The notes below the pieces were generated by a model. It was given only the letters and a program-made list of their open reading frames with translations, ran no database searches and was not told the origin of the DNA. This document shows positions 9,183-19,049 of a stretch of 39,355 bases of DNA, piece by piece. The translations under genes were made by a program, and so were the position numbers. Positions within the stretch are counted from its first letter, which is position 1. Each line of letters opens with the position of its first letter. The stretch is from Atribacterota bacterium (GTDB taxonomy: Bacteria > Atribacterota > Phoenicimicrobiia > Phoenicimicrobiales > Phoenicimicrobiaceae). Location of the stretch: the NCBI GenBank assembly GCA_038203565.1, contig JBBRDV010000007.1:1-39355 (forward strand). Reading direction: 5' to 3'.

Positions 9183-9223
9183 AAAAGTTAACCAAAGGTG
9201 CCAGGCACCTTTGGTTAACTTTT
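9183..9223. repeat. 41-bp palindromic REP-like element, copy 5 (centre A)
   Basis: Consensus copy upstream of the transposase, between divergent promoters. Confidence 0.97.
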
Positions 9224-9238
9224 TTAAATAAAATTTTG

Positions 9239-9268
9239 TTGAAGTTTTAGAAAGAAATAGTATATAAT
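9239..9268 (+). promoter_or_regulatory. Putative sigma70 promoter for amidohydrolase
   Basis: TTGAAG-18 nt-TATAAT. Confidence 0.5.
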
Positions 9269-9315
9269 TGGTTCTAGTTGCATATTTCGGATATTCCAAA
9301 GGAAAGTTGGAGAGA

Positions 9316-10452
9316 ATGGCACAAAAACAGGTGAATATAAAGACCAAAACCGCAACAAGGGTAAAAAAAATAAAGAAAAGTGATTTGTGGTTTTATATTA
9401 TAATTATCATATTATTGGCGACAATATTTTTATGGTATATCAGGCAGATGGGGTATTTACCTTTATGGATAGATAACCAGCCTTCGACTCTTATTGCTGA
9501 AATAGACCCAGCAACCAGAGAGAGAAGGGCGGCTTTTAAAATTATAAATGCCCATGAACATGTTCAGTCCTTCAGTAATATTCCTCTTGTCCTTAAGATG
9601 ATGGAAGATTGTCAGATGGAAAAAATGATTCTACTGGGAACTTCTAAATACAGTTTTTACTTAAATCCTAAGTATGGATTTAGTGAATATGATAAGAATA
9701 ATGAAGAAATAATAAATATTAGCAAAAAATACCCCGATAAATTTATTGCATTATGCACGATTGATCCCCGTGATGAAGATAAGCTGGAGAAATTAAAGAA
9801 ATTTATCGCTGATGGAGCCAAAGGCTTGAAATTGTATAACGGTCATGCCTATTTCTATGATAATTTTTTTCATCTCCCCTTAGACGATTCTGGGATGATA
9901 GAGGTATATCAATACTGTGAAGAGCAGGAGATACCTATGCTTTATCATATAAATAGTGGTCGTTTTTTAGAGCAAATGGAAAGAATTTTACAAGCCTTCC
10001 CTGATTTAGTGGTTATAGCCCCTCATTTTATCTTGACTTCCAGTAATCTTTCACTCTTAAGTAGACTCCTTGATACTTATTCCAATTTATACACTGATAT
10101 AAGTTTTGGTCATCCTGATTTTCAAGTCGCTGGGTTTAAAAGAATTTCTTATAATGCGGTGGCTTTTCGGGAATTTATGCAGAAATATCGTGACCGTATA
10201 AGCTTCGGAACAGATATAGTGATTACCTCTTACCGGGCGAAAAGTAGGAGCTATATTGATGATGTTACATTAAGTTATTTCGATATGTTAGAAAAAGAGG
10301 AATTTACTTTGCCGGATTCGATTTATAAGATGATGGGCAAAAAAGCCCGAGAGCAAAATGACCCCAACACTGTATATAAAGGGCTTAATCTCGATGATGA
10401 GACTTTAAGAATGATTTACCATGATAATGCAGAAAGGATTTTCGGAAAATGA
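9316..10452 (+). CDS. Membrane-anchored amidohydrolase-family (amidohydro_2) protein
   Basis: N-terminal TM helix; INAHEH, GAKGLKLY, LYH, IAPH, NLYTDIS, ISFGTD; ATG 9316 follows GGAGAG. Confidence 0.8.
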   Translation: MAQKQVNIKTKTATRVKKIKKSDLWFYIIIIILLATIFLWYIRQMGYLPLWIDNQPSTLIAEIDPATRERRAAFKIINAHEHVQSFSNIPLVLKMMEDCQMEKMILLGTSKYSFYLNPKYGFSEYDKNNEEIINISKKYPDKFIALCTIDPRDEDKLEKLKKFIADGAKGLKLYNGHAYFYDNFFHLPLDDSGMIEVYQYCEEQEIPMLYHINSGRFLEQMERILQAFPDLVVIAPHFILTSSNLSLLSRLLDTYSNLYTDISFGHPDFQVAGFKRISYNAVAFREFMQKYRDRISFGTDIVITSYRAKSRSYIDDVTLSYFDMLEKEEFTLPDSIYKMMGKKAREQNDPNTVYKGLNLDDETLRMIYHDNAERIFGK

Positions 10453-10610
10453 AATGAATAAAATAAAAAGATGAAATAAGTCAGAGCCAGAGGTATTCCA
10501 TTTTCATATTATTATTTATTAGTAAAATACCAATTAAATGATACTAAAAGCAAGTCTTAACTACCTTGTAACGAATCGAAAAATATTCGAAGAAAGGAAC
10601 GTATTAAGAG

Positions 10611-12935
10611 ATGAAGAAATTTTTTGTATTATTATTTGGATTAATTATTTTAATATTAATAGTGGGATGCCAAAATCTGGAAAATATTCTTCCTTCTCCA
10701 AATAAAGCCCCAGTTATAATTTCTGAACCTATCATTACTGCTAAAAAAGATCAGCTATATTCATATCAAATAGAAGCTAGCGATCCTGATGGAGATAACT
10801 TGAATTATTTTCTTATTATCAAACCAGAGGGAATGAGTATTCATACTGAAAAAAATGGTTTAATTACCTGGATACCAACTAATAGTCAAGTAGGAATTCA
10901 TCAAGTAATCGTAGAAGTTTCCGATGGAAAATATAAGGTCCAACAAAACTTTGAAATTAAAGTTTTCAACCTGAATAATCCTCCTCAAATATTTTCTTAT
11001 TTCCCTGCTAATCTTAATTCTGAAATCAATGAGGGAAATTCAGTTAAATTCGAAATCCAAGCCCACGATATTGATTTGAACACATCTTTAAGTTATCAAT
11101 GGCTGTTAAACGGAAAGAAAATATCAAGCTCTACCGTTTCAGGAAATAATTCAAAAAGCAGCTGGATTTATTCTTCCGGTTATGGAGATTACAGTCAGAA
11201 AATAGTAAAGGTAATAGTAAGTGACGGAGAATTAGAAGACTATATGCAATGGAACATAACAATAAAAGACATAACCCCTCCTACCCAACCCACCTTAAAT
11301 TCCATAACTTCACCAACCAACATCTCGCCTCAAATTTTATCTGGTACTAAAGATGTTGACTCTTCTATTTTAATTAACGGTGCAGAAATTATTTCTATTA
11401 ATTCGTCTGTAAATTGGTCATACTCTTATAATCTTTCTGAAGGAACCAATAATATCTCGATTACTTCCCGGGATGTAACGGGAAATGAAAGTGCGTCAAT
11501 TACTACTACTGTTATATTAGATACTAGTGCACCAGGAGCACCTACTTTAGATGCTGTAGTTTCTCTGACGAATATTACACCTCAGGTTCTCTCCGGTAGT
11601 AAAGAGGCCAATTCTTCAATTTGGATCAATGGAACAGAGGTTATATCGATAAATTCTGATATTGCCTGGTCATATACCTTTGATTTGTTTGAAGGAAATA
11701 ATAAAATCTCAATAATCTCTCATGATGTCTCTGGTAATGAAAGTGCCGCAGTAACTACTGACATAGTTTTGGATACAATTGCACCGGAGGCACCTACTTT
11801 GAATGCTATAACTTCACCAACCAACATTTCCACTCAAACTTTATCTGGTACTAAGGATACTAATACTTCTATCTGGCTAAATGGGGTAGAGGTAGTTCCT
11901 CTTGATTCATCAACAACTGATTGGTCATACCCTTATAATCTTACTGAAGGAACCAACAATATATCAATTACTTCCTGCGATGCTGCCGGAAATGAAAGCC
12001 CCGCAGTACTCACAATAATAGAATATGACCCCAATATTTATGTAGATGCTGGAAATACCACCGGAACAGAAGACGGAACGAAAACTCATCCCTTTAATAC
12101 TATAACTGAAGGGCTAATTGCAGTTGCCTCTGCAAAATCAGTTATGGTGGCCGTAGGGGCTTATAATGAAAAGCTGATAATAAATAAAAGTATTACCCTT
12201 CAGGGGGCAAGTCGGGATAATACTTTTATAACCGGGAGTGGCTTAACTGGAAATTTAATTACTATTGAAGCTGATTATGTAACTATAACTGGTTTTACTA
12301 TTCATGGAGCAAGTAGTGCTGCAAAAGGGATATATTTTGATAATTGCTCCTTTATAAACATAAATAATAACATAATACAAAACAATATTAGTTATGGTAT
12401 AAATTATAGAAATTCTAGCCCTACCATTGAAAATAATATTATTAAGAACAATAATTATAGTGGGATAGATATTGCTGCAGGAGGGGGAGGAATAGTAAGA
12501 AATAATTCTCTAATTTTTAATCAGCATGGAATACGCACCTATGGAGATTCTTGCCCTGAGATTAATGGTAATAATATCAGCAATAACAATACTGGAATTT
12601 TTTGTCGAGAAAGTGCCACTCCAATTATTTCTTATAATACTATTAGCAATAATACTGGTTATGGAATTCTTATTGATAATGCATTCGGTAATTCAGTTAA
12701 TCCAGATACCGGTGGTGGAGCTGGGCAAAGTGATGGTCAGAATAAAATAACAGGAAACAGTATTCATGGGGTTAGCAACAAAACGACTCATAACATTTAT
12801 GCGAAATATAACTGGTGGGGGGCATCTACTGGCCCAAAATATCCAGGAAACAATTCAAGTAGTGGTGATTGGGTTTATTGGAGTGAAACAGGTGGCGATA
12901 TTATCTTCACTCCTCATTTAACTACCGGACTCTAA
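10611..12935 (+). CDS. Surface lipoprotein with Ig-like repeats and right-handed parallel beta-helix domain
   Basis: Lipobox LIVGC; ASDPDGD cadherin/Ig-like domain; three 84-aa Ig-like repeats; IYVDAG..GTEDGT..HPFNTI followed by Asn-rich beta-helix repeats; NWWG. Confidence 0.8.
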   Translation: MKKFFVLLFGLIILILIVGCQNLENILPSPNKAPVIISEPIITAKKDQLYSYQIEASDPDGDNLNYFLIIKPEGMSIHTEKNGLITWIPTNSQVGIHQVIVEVSDGKYKVQQNFEIKVFNLNNPPQIFSYFPANLNSEINEGNSVKFEIQAHDIDLNTSLSYQWLLNGKKISSSTVSGNNSKSSWIYSSGYGDYSQKIVKVIVSDGELEDYMQWNITIKDITPPTQPTLNSITSPTNISPQILSGTKDVDSSILINGAEIISINSSVNWSYSYNLSEGTNNISITSRDVTGNESASITTTVILDTSAPGAPTLDAVVSLTNITPQVLSGSKEANSSIWINGTEVISINSDIAWSYTFDLFEGNNKISIISHDVSGNESAAVTTDIVLDTIAPEAPTLNAITSPTNISTQTLSGTKDTNTSIWLNGVEVVPLDSSTTDWSYPYNLTEGTNNISITSCDAAGNESPAVLTIIEYDPNIYVDAGNTTGTEDGTKTHPFNTITEGLIAVASAKSVMVAVGAYNEKLIINKSITLQGASRDNTFITGSGLTGNLITIEADYVTITGFTIHGASSAAKGIYFDNCSFININNNIIQNNISYGINYRNSSPTIENNIIKNNNYSGIDIAAGGGGIVRNNSLIFNQHGIRTYGDSCPEINGNNISNNNTGIFCRESATPIISYNTISNNTGYGILIDNAFGNSVNPDTGGGAGQSDGQNKITGNSIHGVSNKTTHNIYAKYNWWGASTGPKYPGNNSSSGDWVYWSETGGDIIFTPHLTTGL
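11268..12026 (+). repeat. Three tandem 252-bp intragenic repeats (Ig-like domains)
   Basis: Units start at 11268, 11520 and 11772 (D..PP/AP..PTL...SG.K...NG...WSY...L.EG.N.ISI.S.D..GNES). Confidence 0.85.
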
Positions 12936-12945
12936 TCTTATAAAT

Positions 12946-12986
12946 AAAAGTTAACCAAAGGTGCCTGGCACCTTTGGTTAACTTTT
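12946..12986. repeat. 41-bp palindromic REP-like element, copy 6 (centre T)
   Basis: Consensus copy 10 nt after the lipoprotein stop. Confidence 0.97.
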
Positions 12987-13011
12987 AATGCAAAATTTGT
13001 TATTTTTGTAC

Positions 13012-13040
13012 TTGCTTGAATTAAGGTTGTGTGGTATGTT
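13012..13040 (+). promoter_or_regulatory. Putative sigma70 promoter for pgi/pmi operon
   Basis: TTGCTT-17 nt-TATGTT with TG extension. Confidence 0.45.
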
Positions 13041-13083
13041 ATAAAATATAGAATGATAGGCATAAATTTGGGAGGAATGAGCT

Positions 13084-14220
13084 ATGAGAGAGACAAAAAA
13101 AAACAAAAAGGGTAATATAGATATATTAGATGGAGATTTTTCTAAACTGGATAAGGCTAACATGATAGAGCTTTTAGAAGAATTTCCGCAGAAGATGAGA
13201 GATGCCTTGCTTTTAGGAGAGGAATTTATTATTCCTACCAACCTTTTACCCAATCATGCCACTACCACCACAGCCACTGCCAATGTCCCTGCCCAGAATT
13301 TTAAAAATATTGTGGTATTGGGAATGGGTGGTTCAGCCATTGGCGGGGACCTATTATCTGATTATTTAGCCGATGAATTATCAATTCCTATAGTAGTCAT
13401 TCGCGGCTATGATATACCCAAATTTGTAGATAAAAATTCTTTAGTTTTTACCATCAGTTATTCGGGAAATACTGAAGAAACTATCTCTACCTTGAAGAAA
13501 TGCTTGGAAGCCAAAGCCAGAATCATTGCTTTAACTTCAGGGGGTAAATTAGCGGTCCTTTCCCAAGAGAATAACTTTCCTGTGATTAAAGTACCAGGAG
13601 GAATCCAGCCTCGAGCCGCCATTTCTTATCTGTTCTTTCCTATATTAAAAGCTTTAGAAAGGCTTGGTTTGATAAAGGAAAGAAGCAGCGAGATAGAAGA
13701 AACAATCAGCATTTTACAAGACCTTTCTAGGGAATATTGTGCTAAATCTGCCAGTAAAAACAATTTAGCCAAGAAGGTAGCCTTGAGTCTGTATCAGCAT
13801 CTGCCCCTGATTTACGGTTCTGAAGGATTGTTAGAGGCAGTGGCAATGCGTTGGAAGACTCAGATAAACGAAAATAGTAAATGGCCCTGTTTTTGGAATA
13901 TATTTCCTGAACTCGACCATAACGAAATAGTGGGCTATGAAATAGAAAATAACATAAACCGACAGGTCAAAATTATTTATCTTCAAGACAAAGAAGGGCT
14001 TTTGAGAGTGGAGCAGAGACGGAAAATTACTCGCAAGATTATCCAAGGCAAAGTAGCCGAGTTTATGGTTTGCCCTACCAAAGGTAAAGGAAAAATGTCA
14101 CGCATGTTTTCACTAATTTTCTTAGGTGACCTGGCAAGCTATTATTTAGCAATATTAAATCAGGTTGACCCTTCACCAGTAGCCTGTATAGAAGATCTAA
14201 AGAAAGAATTAGCCAAGTAA
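13084..14220 (+). CDS. Bifunctional phosphoglucose/phosphomannose isomerase (SIS family)
   Basis: GMGGSAIGGD, SYSGNTEET, TSGGKL, QPRAA, RWKTQINENSK, PELDHNEIVG. Confidence 0.92.
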   Translation: MRETKKNKKGNIDILDGDFSKLDKANMIELLEEFPQKMRDALLLGEEFIIPTNLLPNHATTTTATANVPAQNFKNIVVLGMGGSAIGGDLLSDYLADELSIPIVVIRGYDIPKFVDKNSLVFTISYSGNTEETISTLKKCLEAKARIIALTSGGKLAVLSQENNFPVIKVPGGIQPRAAISYLFFPILKALERLGLIKERSSEIEETISILQDLSREYCAKSASKNNLAKKVALSLYQHLPLIYGSEGLLEAVAMRWKTQINENSKWPCFWNIFPELDHNEIVGYEIENNINRQVKIIYLQDKEGLLRVEQRRKITRKIIQGKVAEFMVCPTKGKGKMSRMFSLIFLGDLASYYLAILNQVDPSPVACIEDLKKELAK

Positions 14221-14233
14221 ATTAATTATTTGC

Positions 14234-14306
14234 GAATTAATGAATTAATTAAATTGATCAATTGGCCAGGTAGAGGATAAGTCAATTGGCGAATTGATGA
14301 ATTAAT
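14234..14306. repeat. Degenerate 8-nt-period AATT array
   Basis: Units GAATTAAT, AAATTGAT, CAATTGGC, GAATTGAT etc. in two blocks. Confidence 0.65.
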
Positions 14307-14324
14307 AAACAGGAGAACATTTAT

Positions 14325-15248
14325 TTGAAATACATTGAAGTTGGAGTTATTGCCTTTATAGTCTCGCATATTTTAACTCCCTATATGGCGCGTGTAGGGA
14401 AAAAACAAAATATGATGGACATGCCCGGTCATCGTAAAATACACGAGGAAGCTATCCCCAATTTGGGCGGGATAGTTATTTTTTTTGGATTTTTACTGAG
14501 TCTGCTCTTTGTGGTGCAGATAGAAGGACAGATTAAAGCCCTCTTGATAGGCGGGGTAATCATATTGTTATTAGGGGTGGTAGATGACATAGTAGATCTT
14601 TCTCCCAAGTATAAATTCATTATTCAAATGGTTCCTGCCTTAATAGTAATTCTATATAACAGTGATTTAATAAATAGTTTTATAGTTAATCAATTAAAAA
14701 TTTTTGATCTGTTAGGTTATCTTCTTTATCCTATTTTAATCTTCTGGATAGTGGGAGTAACTAATTCCATTAATTTGATAGACGGTTTAGACGGGCTGGC
14801 TTGTGGAATTTCCCTTATGGCCTTAGTAACTTTTCTTATTTTAGGCTTAAGGCAAAATTTAGAGGCTCTCAGTCTTATATCTATTGCCCTGGCGGGGAGC
14901 ATGTTAGCTTTTTTGAGATTTAATTTTTACCCGGCTAAAATCTTTCTGGGAGATTCCGGCAGTACCTTTGCCGGTTTCATGTTAGCCTCTATAGGGACTT
15001 TGTGGGTATTAAACAGTGGGAATGCTTTTTTTATTTTAATTCCTATTATTATTCTGGCTCTACCTATTGTTGATACCCTGTTTGCTATCTGCAGGAGATA
15101 CCGGGGGCATTATCCTATATTCCAGGCCGATAAAGGGCATCTCCACCATCGACTTTTAACTAGGGGGATAGCACATAAGAATGTGGTGTTTATCTTATGG
15201 GGAATAAGCGCCATCTGTAGCGTAATTGCCCTTGTTTTAGCATTCTAA
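14325..15248 (+). CDS. Undecaprenyl-phosphate GlcNAc-1-phosphate transferase (WecA/TagO, MraY family; TTG start)
   Basis: RKIH...PNLGG, GVVDD, NSINLIDGLDGLA, FLGDSGS, DKGHLHHRL. Confidence 0.92.
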   Translation: MKYIEVGVIAFIVSHILTPYMARVGKKQNMMDMPGHRKIHEEAIPNLGGIVIFFGFLLSLLFVVQIEGQIKALLIGGVIILLLGVVDDIVDLSPKYKFIIQMVPALIVILYNSDLINSFIVNQLKIFDLLGYLLYPILIFWIVGVTNSINLIDGLDGLACGISLMALVTFLILGLRQNLEALSLISIALAGSMLAFLRFNFYPAKIFLGDSGSTFAGFMLASIGTLWVLNSGNAFFILIPIIILALPIVDTLFAICRRYRGHYPIFQADKGHLHHRLLTRGIAHKNVVFILWGISAICSVIALVLAF

Positions 15249-15252
15249 TGTA

Positions 15253-15293
15253 AAAAGTTAACCAAAAGTGCCTGGCACTTTTGGTTAACTTTT
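15253..15293. repeat. REP-like element, copy 7 (perfect palindrome with compensatory G>A / C>T)
   Basis: AAAAGTTAACCAAAAGTGCC-T-GGCACTTTTGGTTAACTTTT. Confidence 0.96.
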
Positions 15294-15315
15294 TGTAGTA
15301 GAAAGGAAAAGAAAC

Positions 15316-16389
15316 ATGAAATTAGAAAAGAGAAAGGGACAAGTAAGTGAAAATAAAAAGACCACCGTTTTAGTTACCGGCGGGGCGGGCTTTATCGGTT
15401 CACACATTGTGGATTTACTCATCAAAAATAATTATAAAGTTGTAATAGTTGATGATTTATCTTCTGGCCGAGAGGAGAATATCAACAAAAATGCCCGATT
15501 TTATAAATTAAACATCACCAACCAAAAAGGGTTAGCTGAAGTGTTTAAGAAGGAAAAACCTGATTATGTATGCCATGAAGCCGCCCAGATTAGTGTTTCT
15601 TTTTCTGTAAGAGACCCTTTATTTGATGCTCAAACCAATATCCTTGGTTCCTTGAATTTATTACAATACTGTGTTAATTACCAGGTTAGGGGAATAGTTT
15701 TTGCCTCCAGCGGTGGGACTATTTATGGAGAACCAGAGCATTTCCCCATCAGTGAGGATTACCCTTTTAAGCCTCAATCGCCTTATGGAATTAGTAAGGC
15801 TGCTATCGAGTATTATCTTGATTTTTATCAGAAAAATTACCATATCCCATATGTAGCACTAAGATATGGAAATGTCTATGGACCCCGACAGGACCCTTAT
15901 GGTGAAGCCGGTGTTATTGCTATATTTATAGAAAAGATGCTAAAAGGAGAAATTCCTACTATAAATGGTGACGGAGAATATATCAGAGATTATATTTATG
16001 TAGAAGATGTGGCCCAAGCTAATTTACTTGCCCTTCAAAATATGGTAAAATTATCTGAGGTTGTTCGGGAAATAGAAAAAGCTAAAGAAAAAGAAAAAGA
16101 AACCGAAACTAAAAATAAAACTAAACCTGAACCTGAACCTGAAATTGAACTTAATGGCTTCAATCTGGGAACCGAAAGAGGAATTTCGGTAAATGAAATA
16201 TTTTGTCTTTTAAAGGAGATTATAAAATTCCCTCATCCGGCGCATTATGGGCCTCCCAGAGTAGGGGATTTAAGGAAAAATATTCTGGATTGCCACTTGA
16301 TTAAAGATGTTTTAGGGTGGCAGCCACAGTTTGACTTTTCAGCTGGTTTAGAAAAGACAGTTCGCTGGTTTAAAGAGAATATTCACTAA
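15316..16389 (+). CDS. NAD-dependent epimerase/dehydratase (UDP-glucose 4-epimerase-like)
   Basis: TGGAGFIGSH, SSGGTIYG, YGISK, RYGNVYGPRQ; carries a charged low-complexity insertion. Confidence 0.9.
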   Translation: MKLEKRKGQVSENKKTTVLVTGGAGFIGSHIVDLLIKNNYKVVIVDDLSSGREENINKNARFYKLNITNQKGLAEVFKKEKPDYVCHEAAQISVSFSVRDPLFDAQTNILGSLNLLQYCVNYQVRGIVFASSGGTIYGEPEHFPISEDYPFKPQSPYGISKAAIEYYLDFYQKNYHIPYVALRYGNVYGPRQDPYGEAGVIAIFIEKMLKGEIPTINGDGEYIRDYIYVEDVAQANLLALQNMVKLSEVVREIEKAKEKEKETETKNKTKPEPEPEIELNGFNLGTERGISVNEIFCLLKEIIKFPHPAHYGPPRVGDLRKNILDCHLIKDVLGWQPQFDFSAGLEKTVRWFKENIH

Positions 16390-16571
16390 TTATTTTAATT
16401 TTAGAAATTTATCCTAAAAAGAAGGAATTTAGGATGTTTTTGTCGTATTAGTATAATTGGATTACCCAGAAAAAAGGTTAAAAACAGCAAAAACCGAAAG
16501 ATAAGTCAAAAATAAGGATAAAAAAGTAATAAATGAAATAATAATGAAATAATAGAGGAAAATAAATTTAT

Positions 16572-18254
16572 ATGCTTGAAACCGGAATAGTCTTTAAAAT
16601 TGCAGGTATCGTTATATGTAGTGTGCTGATGGTCATCTTAGGGAAGGTAGACAGAAAGAGAGAGATTCCCACAGGGGTTAAATTAATATTTCAAGTTTTA
16701 ATTTCTTTAATTATAATTTATTCTGGAGTTAAAATAGAATTTTTGCGAGCTCCTTCCTCTTCATCGGGAGGGTATCTTTATCTTAGCTATTTGTCTATCC
16801 CCCTAACCATAATCTGGCTGATAAGCATTACTAACTCTATCGGTCAGGCAGATAAACTGGGAGACATCACTCCCTATATTGTCTTTATCGCTTCCCTCAC
16901 TTTTTTAGTGGTCTCTCTGGTCCAGAGACAGGGATTAATTTTAGCAGAATCACTATCTTTGATTATGGCGGCGACTTCATTTATTTTTATTAAATATGTC
17001 CCCCGAAGTAAATTTTCTTCCTATTATATGTCTTTTGGATTTATATTAGCAGTGATTGCTATTGTGGGTGTATCCAAAAGTACAGCAGCTTTAACTTTAT
17101 TGATTCCACTTTTAATTTTAGGTGTACCGATTATAGACAGCTCTTATTCTATTGTAGCTAATTATGCCCGTCAGGAAAGCTCAATCCCGGGTATAGGAGG
17201 AAAATTACCATTATTTTCAGAGAGCGGGAGCGGAAGCAAGTTATGCCAGAAACTCCAATCTTATGGATTTTCGGCTCAAGGAGCGAATTTAACTATTATC
17301 AGGGTCTCACTCTACTTAAGCATATCAGCTTTTATTATTTCTATATACCAGAATTTTTATCTACTGTTAACCCTGACTGCTTTTGGCTGGGTGGTTTTTG
17401 AATTGCTGAAGAATAAGGTTCAGTCAGAGGAATTAATTATCGGAAGAGATATTCTAAATAGCCGCATAAAACTCTTTCAAGTGGGAATTGACCAGGTGGA
17501 TAATCAAAAAACTATTCAAAAAATAGAGGAATTTATTATATCTAAAAAACCTCATCAGATTGTTACTCCGGATACTTTGGCTGTATTGCGAGCAAGAAAA
17601 GACCCTGAGTATCACGCCATATTAAAATCTGCAGATTTGGTTACCCCTGATGGGGCAGGTATTTTATGGGCTGCCACAACTCTAAATTATCCTTTACCTG
17701 AAAGGGTAACCGGTATAGACATAATACATAACATATGCCGATTGGCTGCCAAGAAGGGGTATTCTTTATATTTATTAGGCTCTTATCCTGAGGTGGCTAG
17801 TGAGACTGCCTTAAATTTAACCAAGAAATATCCGGGAATAAAGATAGCTGGAACCCATCACGGTTATTTTAGTTGTGAAGATTCTCAAAATTGTGAAGAT
17901 GTTAAAAATGGTAATAGCGTTAGGGATAAAAAAGAAGAAGAGATTATTGACGAGATAAAAGAAAATAAACCGGATATATTGCTGGTGGGTATGGGTGTGC
18001 CCAAACAAGAAAAGTGGATTAATAAAAATTTAGAGAAATTAGATGTACCAGTATGTATAGGAGTAGGCGGAAGTTTCGACGTCCTTTCCGGCAGAATACC
18101 GCGAGCACCATTATGGATGCAAAGACACGGAATGGAATGGATTTATAGATCAATTAAGCAGCCAAACAGGGCTTTCCGAGTTTTAGCCCTTTTTTATTTT
18201 ATCTGGTTGGTAATTGTAGGGAAAATAGTTTATTCTCTAAAAGAAGTAGAATAA
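16572..18254 (+). CDS. Fusion of a degenerate MraY/TagO-like membrane domain and a WecB/TagA/CpsF glycosyltransferase
   Basis: N-half is multi-TM with WLISITNSI and LGVPIID; C-half has ADLVTPDGAG, ERVTGID, HHGYF, VGMGVPKQE, GVGGSFD, RAP.WMQ..GMEW.YR. Confidence 0.85.
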   Translation: MLETGIVFKIAGIVICSVLMVILGKVDRKREIPTGVKLIFQVLISLIIIYSGVKIEFLRAPSSSSGGYLYLSYLSIPLTIIWLISITNSIGQADKLGDITPYIVFIASLTFLVVSLVQRQGLILAESLSLIMAATSFIFIKYVPRSKFSSYYMSFGFILAVIAIVGVSKSTAALTLLIPLLILGVPIIDSSYSIVANYARQESSIPGIGGKLPLFSESGSGSKLCQKLQSYGFSAQGANLTIIRVSLYLSISAFIISIYQNFYLLLTLTAFGWVVFELLKNKVQSEELIIGRDILNSRIKLFQVGIDQVDNQKTIQKIEEFIISKKPHQIVTPDTLAVLRARKDPEYHAILKSADLVTPDGAGILWAATTLNYPLPERVTGIDIIHNICRLAAKKGYSLYLLGSYPEVASETALNLTKKYPGIKIAGTHHGYFSCEDSQNCEDVKNGNSVRDKKEEEIIDEIKENKPDILLVGMGVPKQEKWINKNLEKLDVPVCIGVGGSFDVLSGRIPRAPLWMQRHGMEWIYRSIKQPNRAFRVLALFYFIWLVIVGKIVYSLKEVE

Positions 18255-18554
18255 TAATCGATAATAGATAATACTTAATAAGTGAATGATAATTAATTGA
18301 GATAACCCAAAAATAATAGAAACATAGAATAGTAATTAATTTAGTATCTTAGTATAGATGCATTATCTTAATGGCTCTTGATGGCTATAGATATATAGAA
18401 TTATAATATTACCGATCTTTCTATTTGCTTATTTCTAAAGCCTTAAATGTTAAGATAGTTAAATTCCCCTCAATAGATCGAAAGACAAGTATCACCCTTT
18501 ATTTTATATCAATATCCGTTTTTCTAATTAATCAATTAAATAAGGAGATAGCTG

Positions 18555-19043
18555 ATGAAAATTTTGCTTAAAGGTGCAATAATTGTAGTTGCCTTAGTCA
18601 TTCAACTTACCCTTATTAATTCGGTTACCATTTTGGGATTGAAACCTGATTTGATAATGGTGGTAGTAGTAGTTTTTTCCTTGATGAAGGGAGAAAAAGA
18701 AGGGTCTATCTCTGGATTTGTTTCCGGCCTTTTGCAGGATATCTTTTCTACCAGCCTCTTAGGAATAAATGCTTTGGCAAAGACGGTGATAGGTTTTACC
18801 TGTGGAATTTTAAAAGAAAAAATATTTCATGAACATATATTATTTCTTATTCCGGTAATAACTTTTATTGCATCATTTTTACAAAGTATTTTAATTTTTT
18901 TGCTATTACGAGCTTTTGGAATCGAATATGGACTGGCCTGGAGCTTAAAACAGATAGCCCTTCCTGAGGCTTTATATAGTAGCCTGCTATCACCTCTTAT
19001 TTTTTTAGCAATAAATAAACTTTTTCAGATGATTAAAGAATAA
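18555..19043 (+). CDS. mreD: Rod shape-determining protein MreD
   Basis: Hydrophobic 162 aa, KPDL...GF.SGLLQD..S...GINAL; precedes PBP2. Confidence 0.9.
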   Translation: MKILLKGAIIVVALVIQLTLINSVTILGLKPDLIMVVVVVFSLMKGEKEGSISGFVSGLLQDIFSTSLLGINALAKTVIGFTCGILKEKIFHEHILFLIPVITFIASFLQSILIFLLLRAFGIEYGLAWSLKQIALPEALYSSLLSPLIFLAINKLFQMIKE

Positions 19044-19049
19044 AAATAA

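Larger units (their letters stand above)
8204..9223 (-). mobile_element. RAYT/TnpA(REP)-type locus: HUH transposase gene bracketed by two palindromic repeats
   Basis: Y1 transposase ORF with repeat copies at 8204-8244 and 9183-9223; centre bases are opposite (T vs A); no target-site duplication seen. Confidence 0.8.

Noticed and set aside
9093..9347. Minus-strand 84-aa ORF
   Set aside because: Spans the repeat and divergent promoters (KLTKGAWHLWLT is the repeat translated) and has no family motifs
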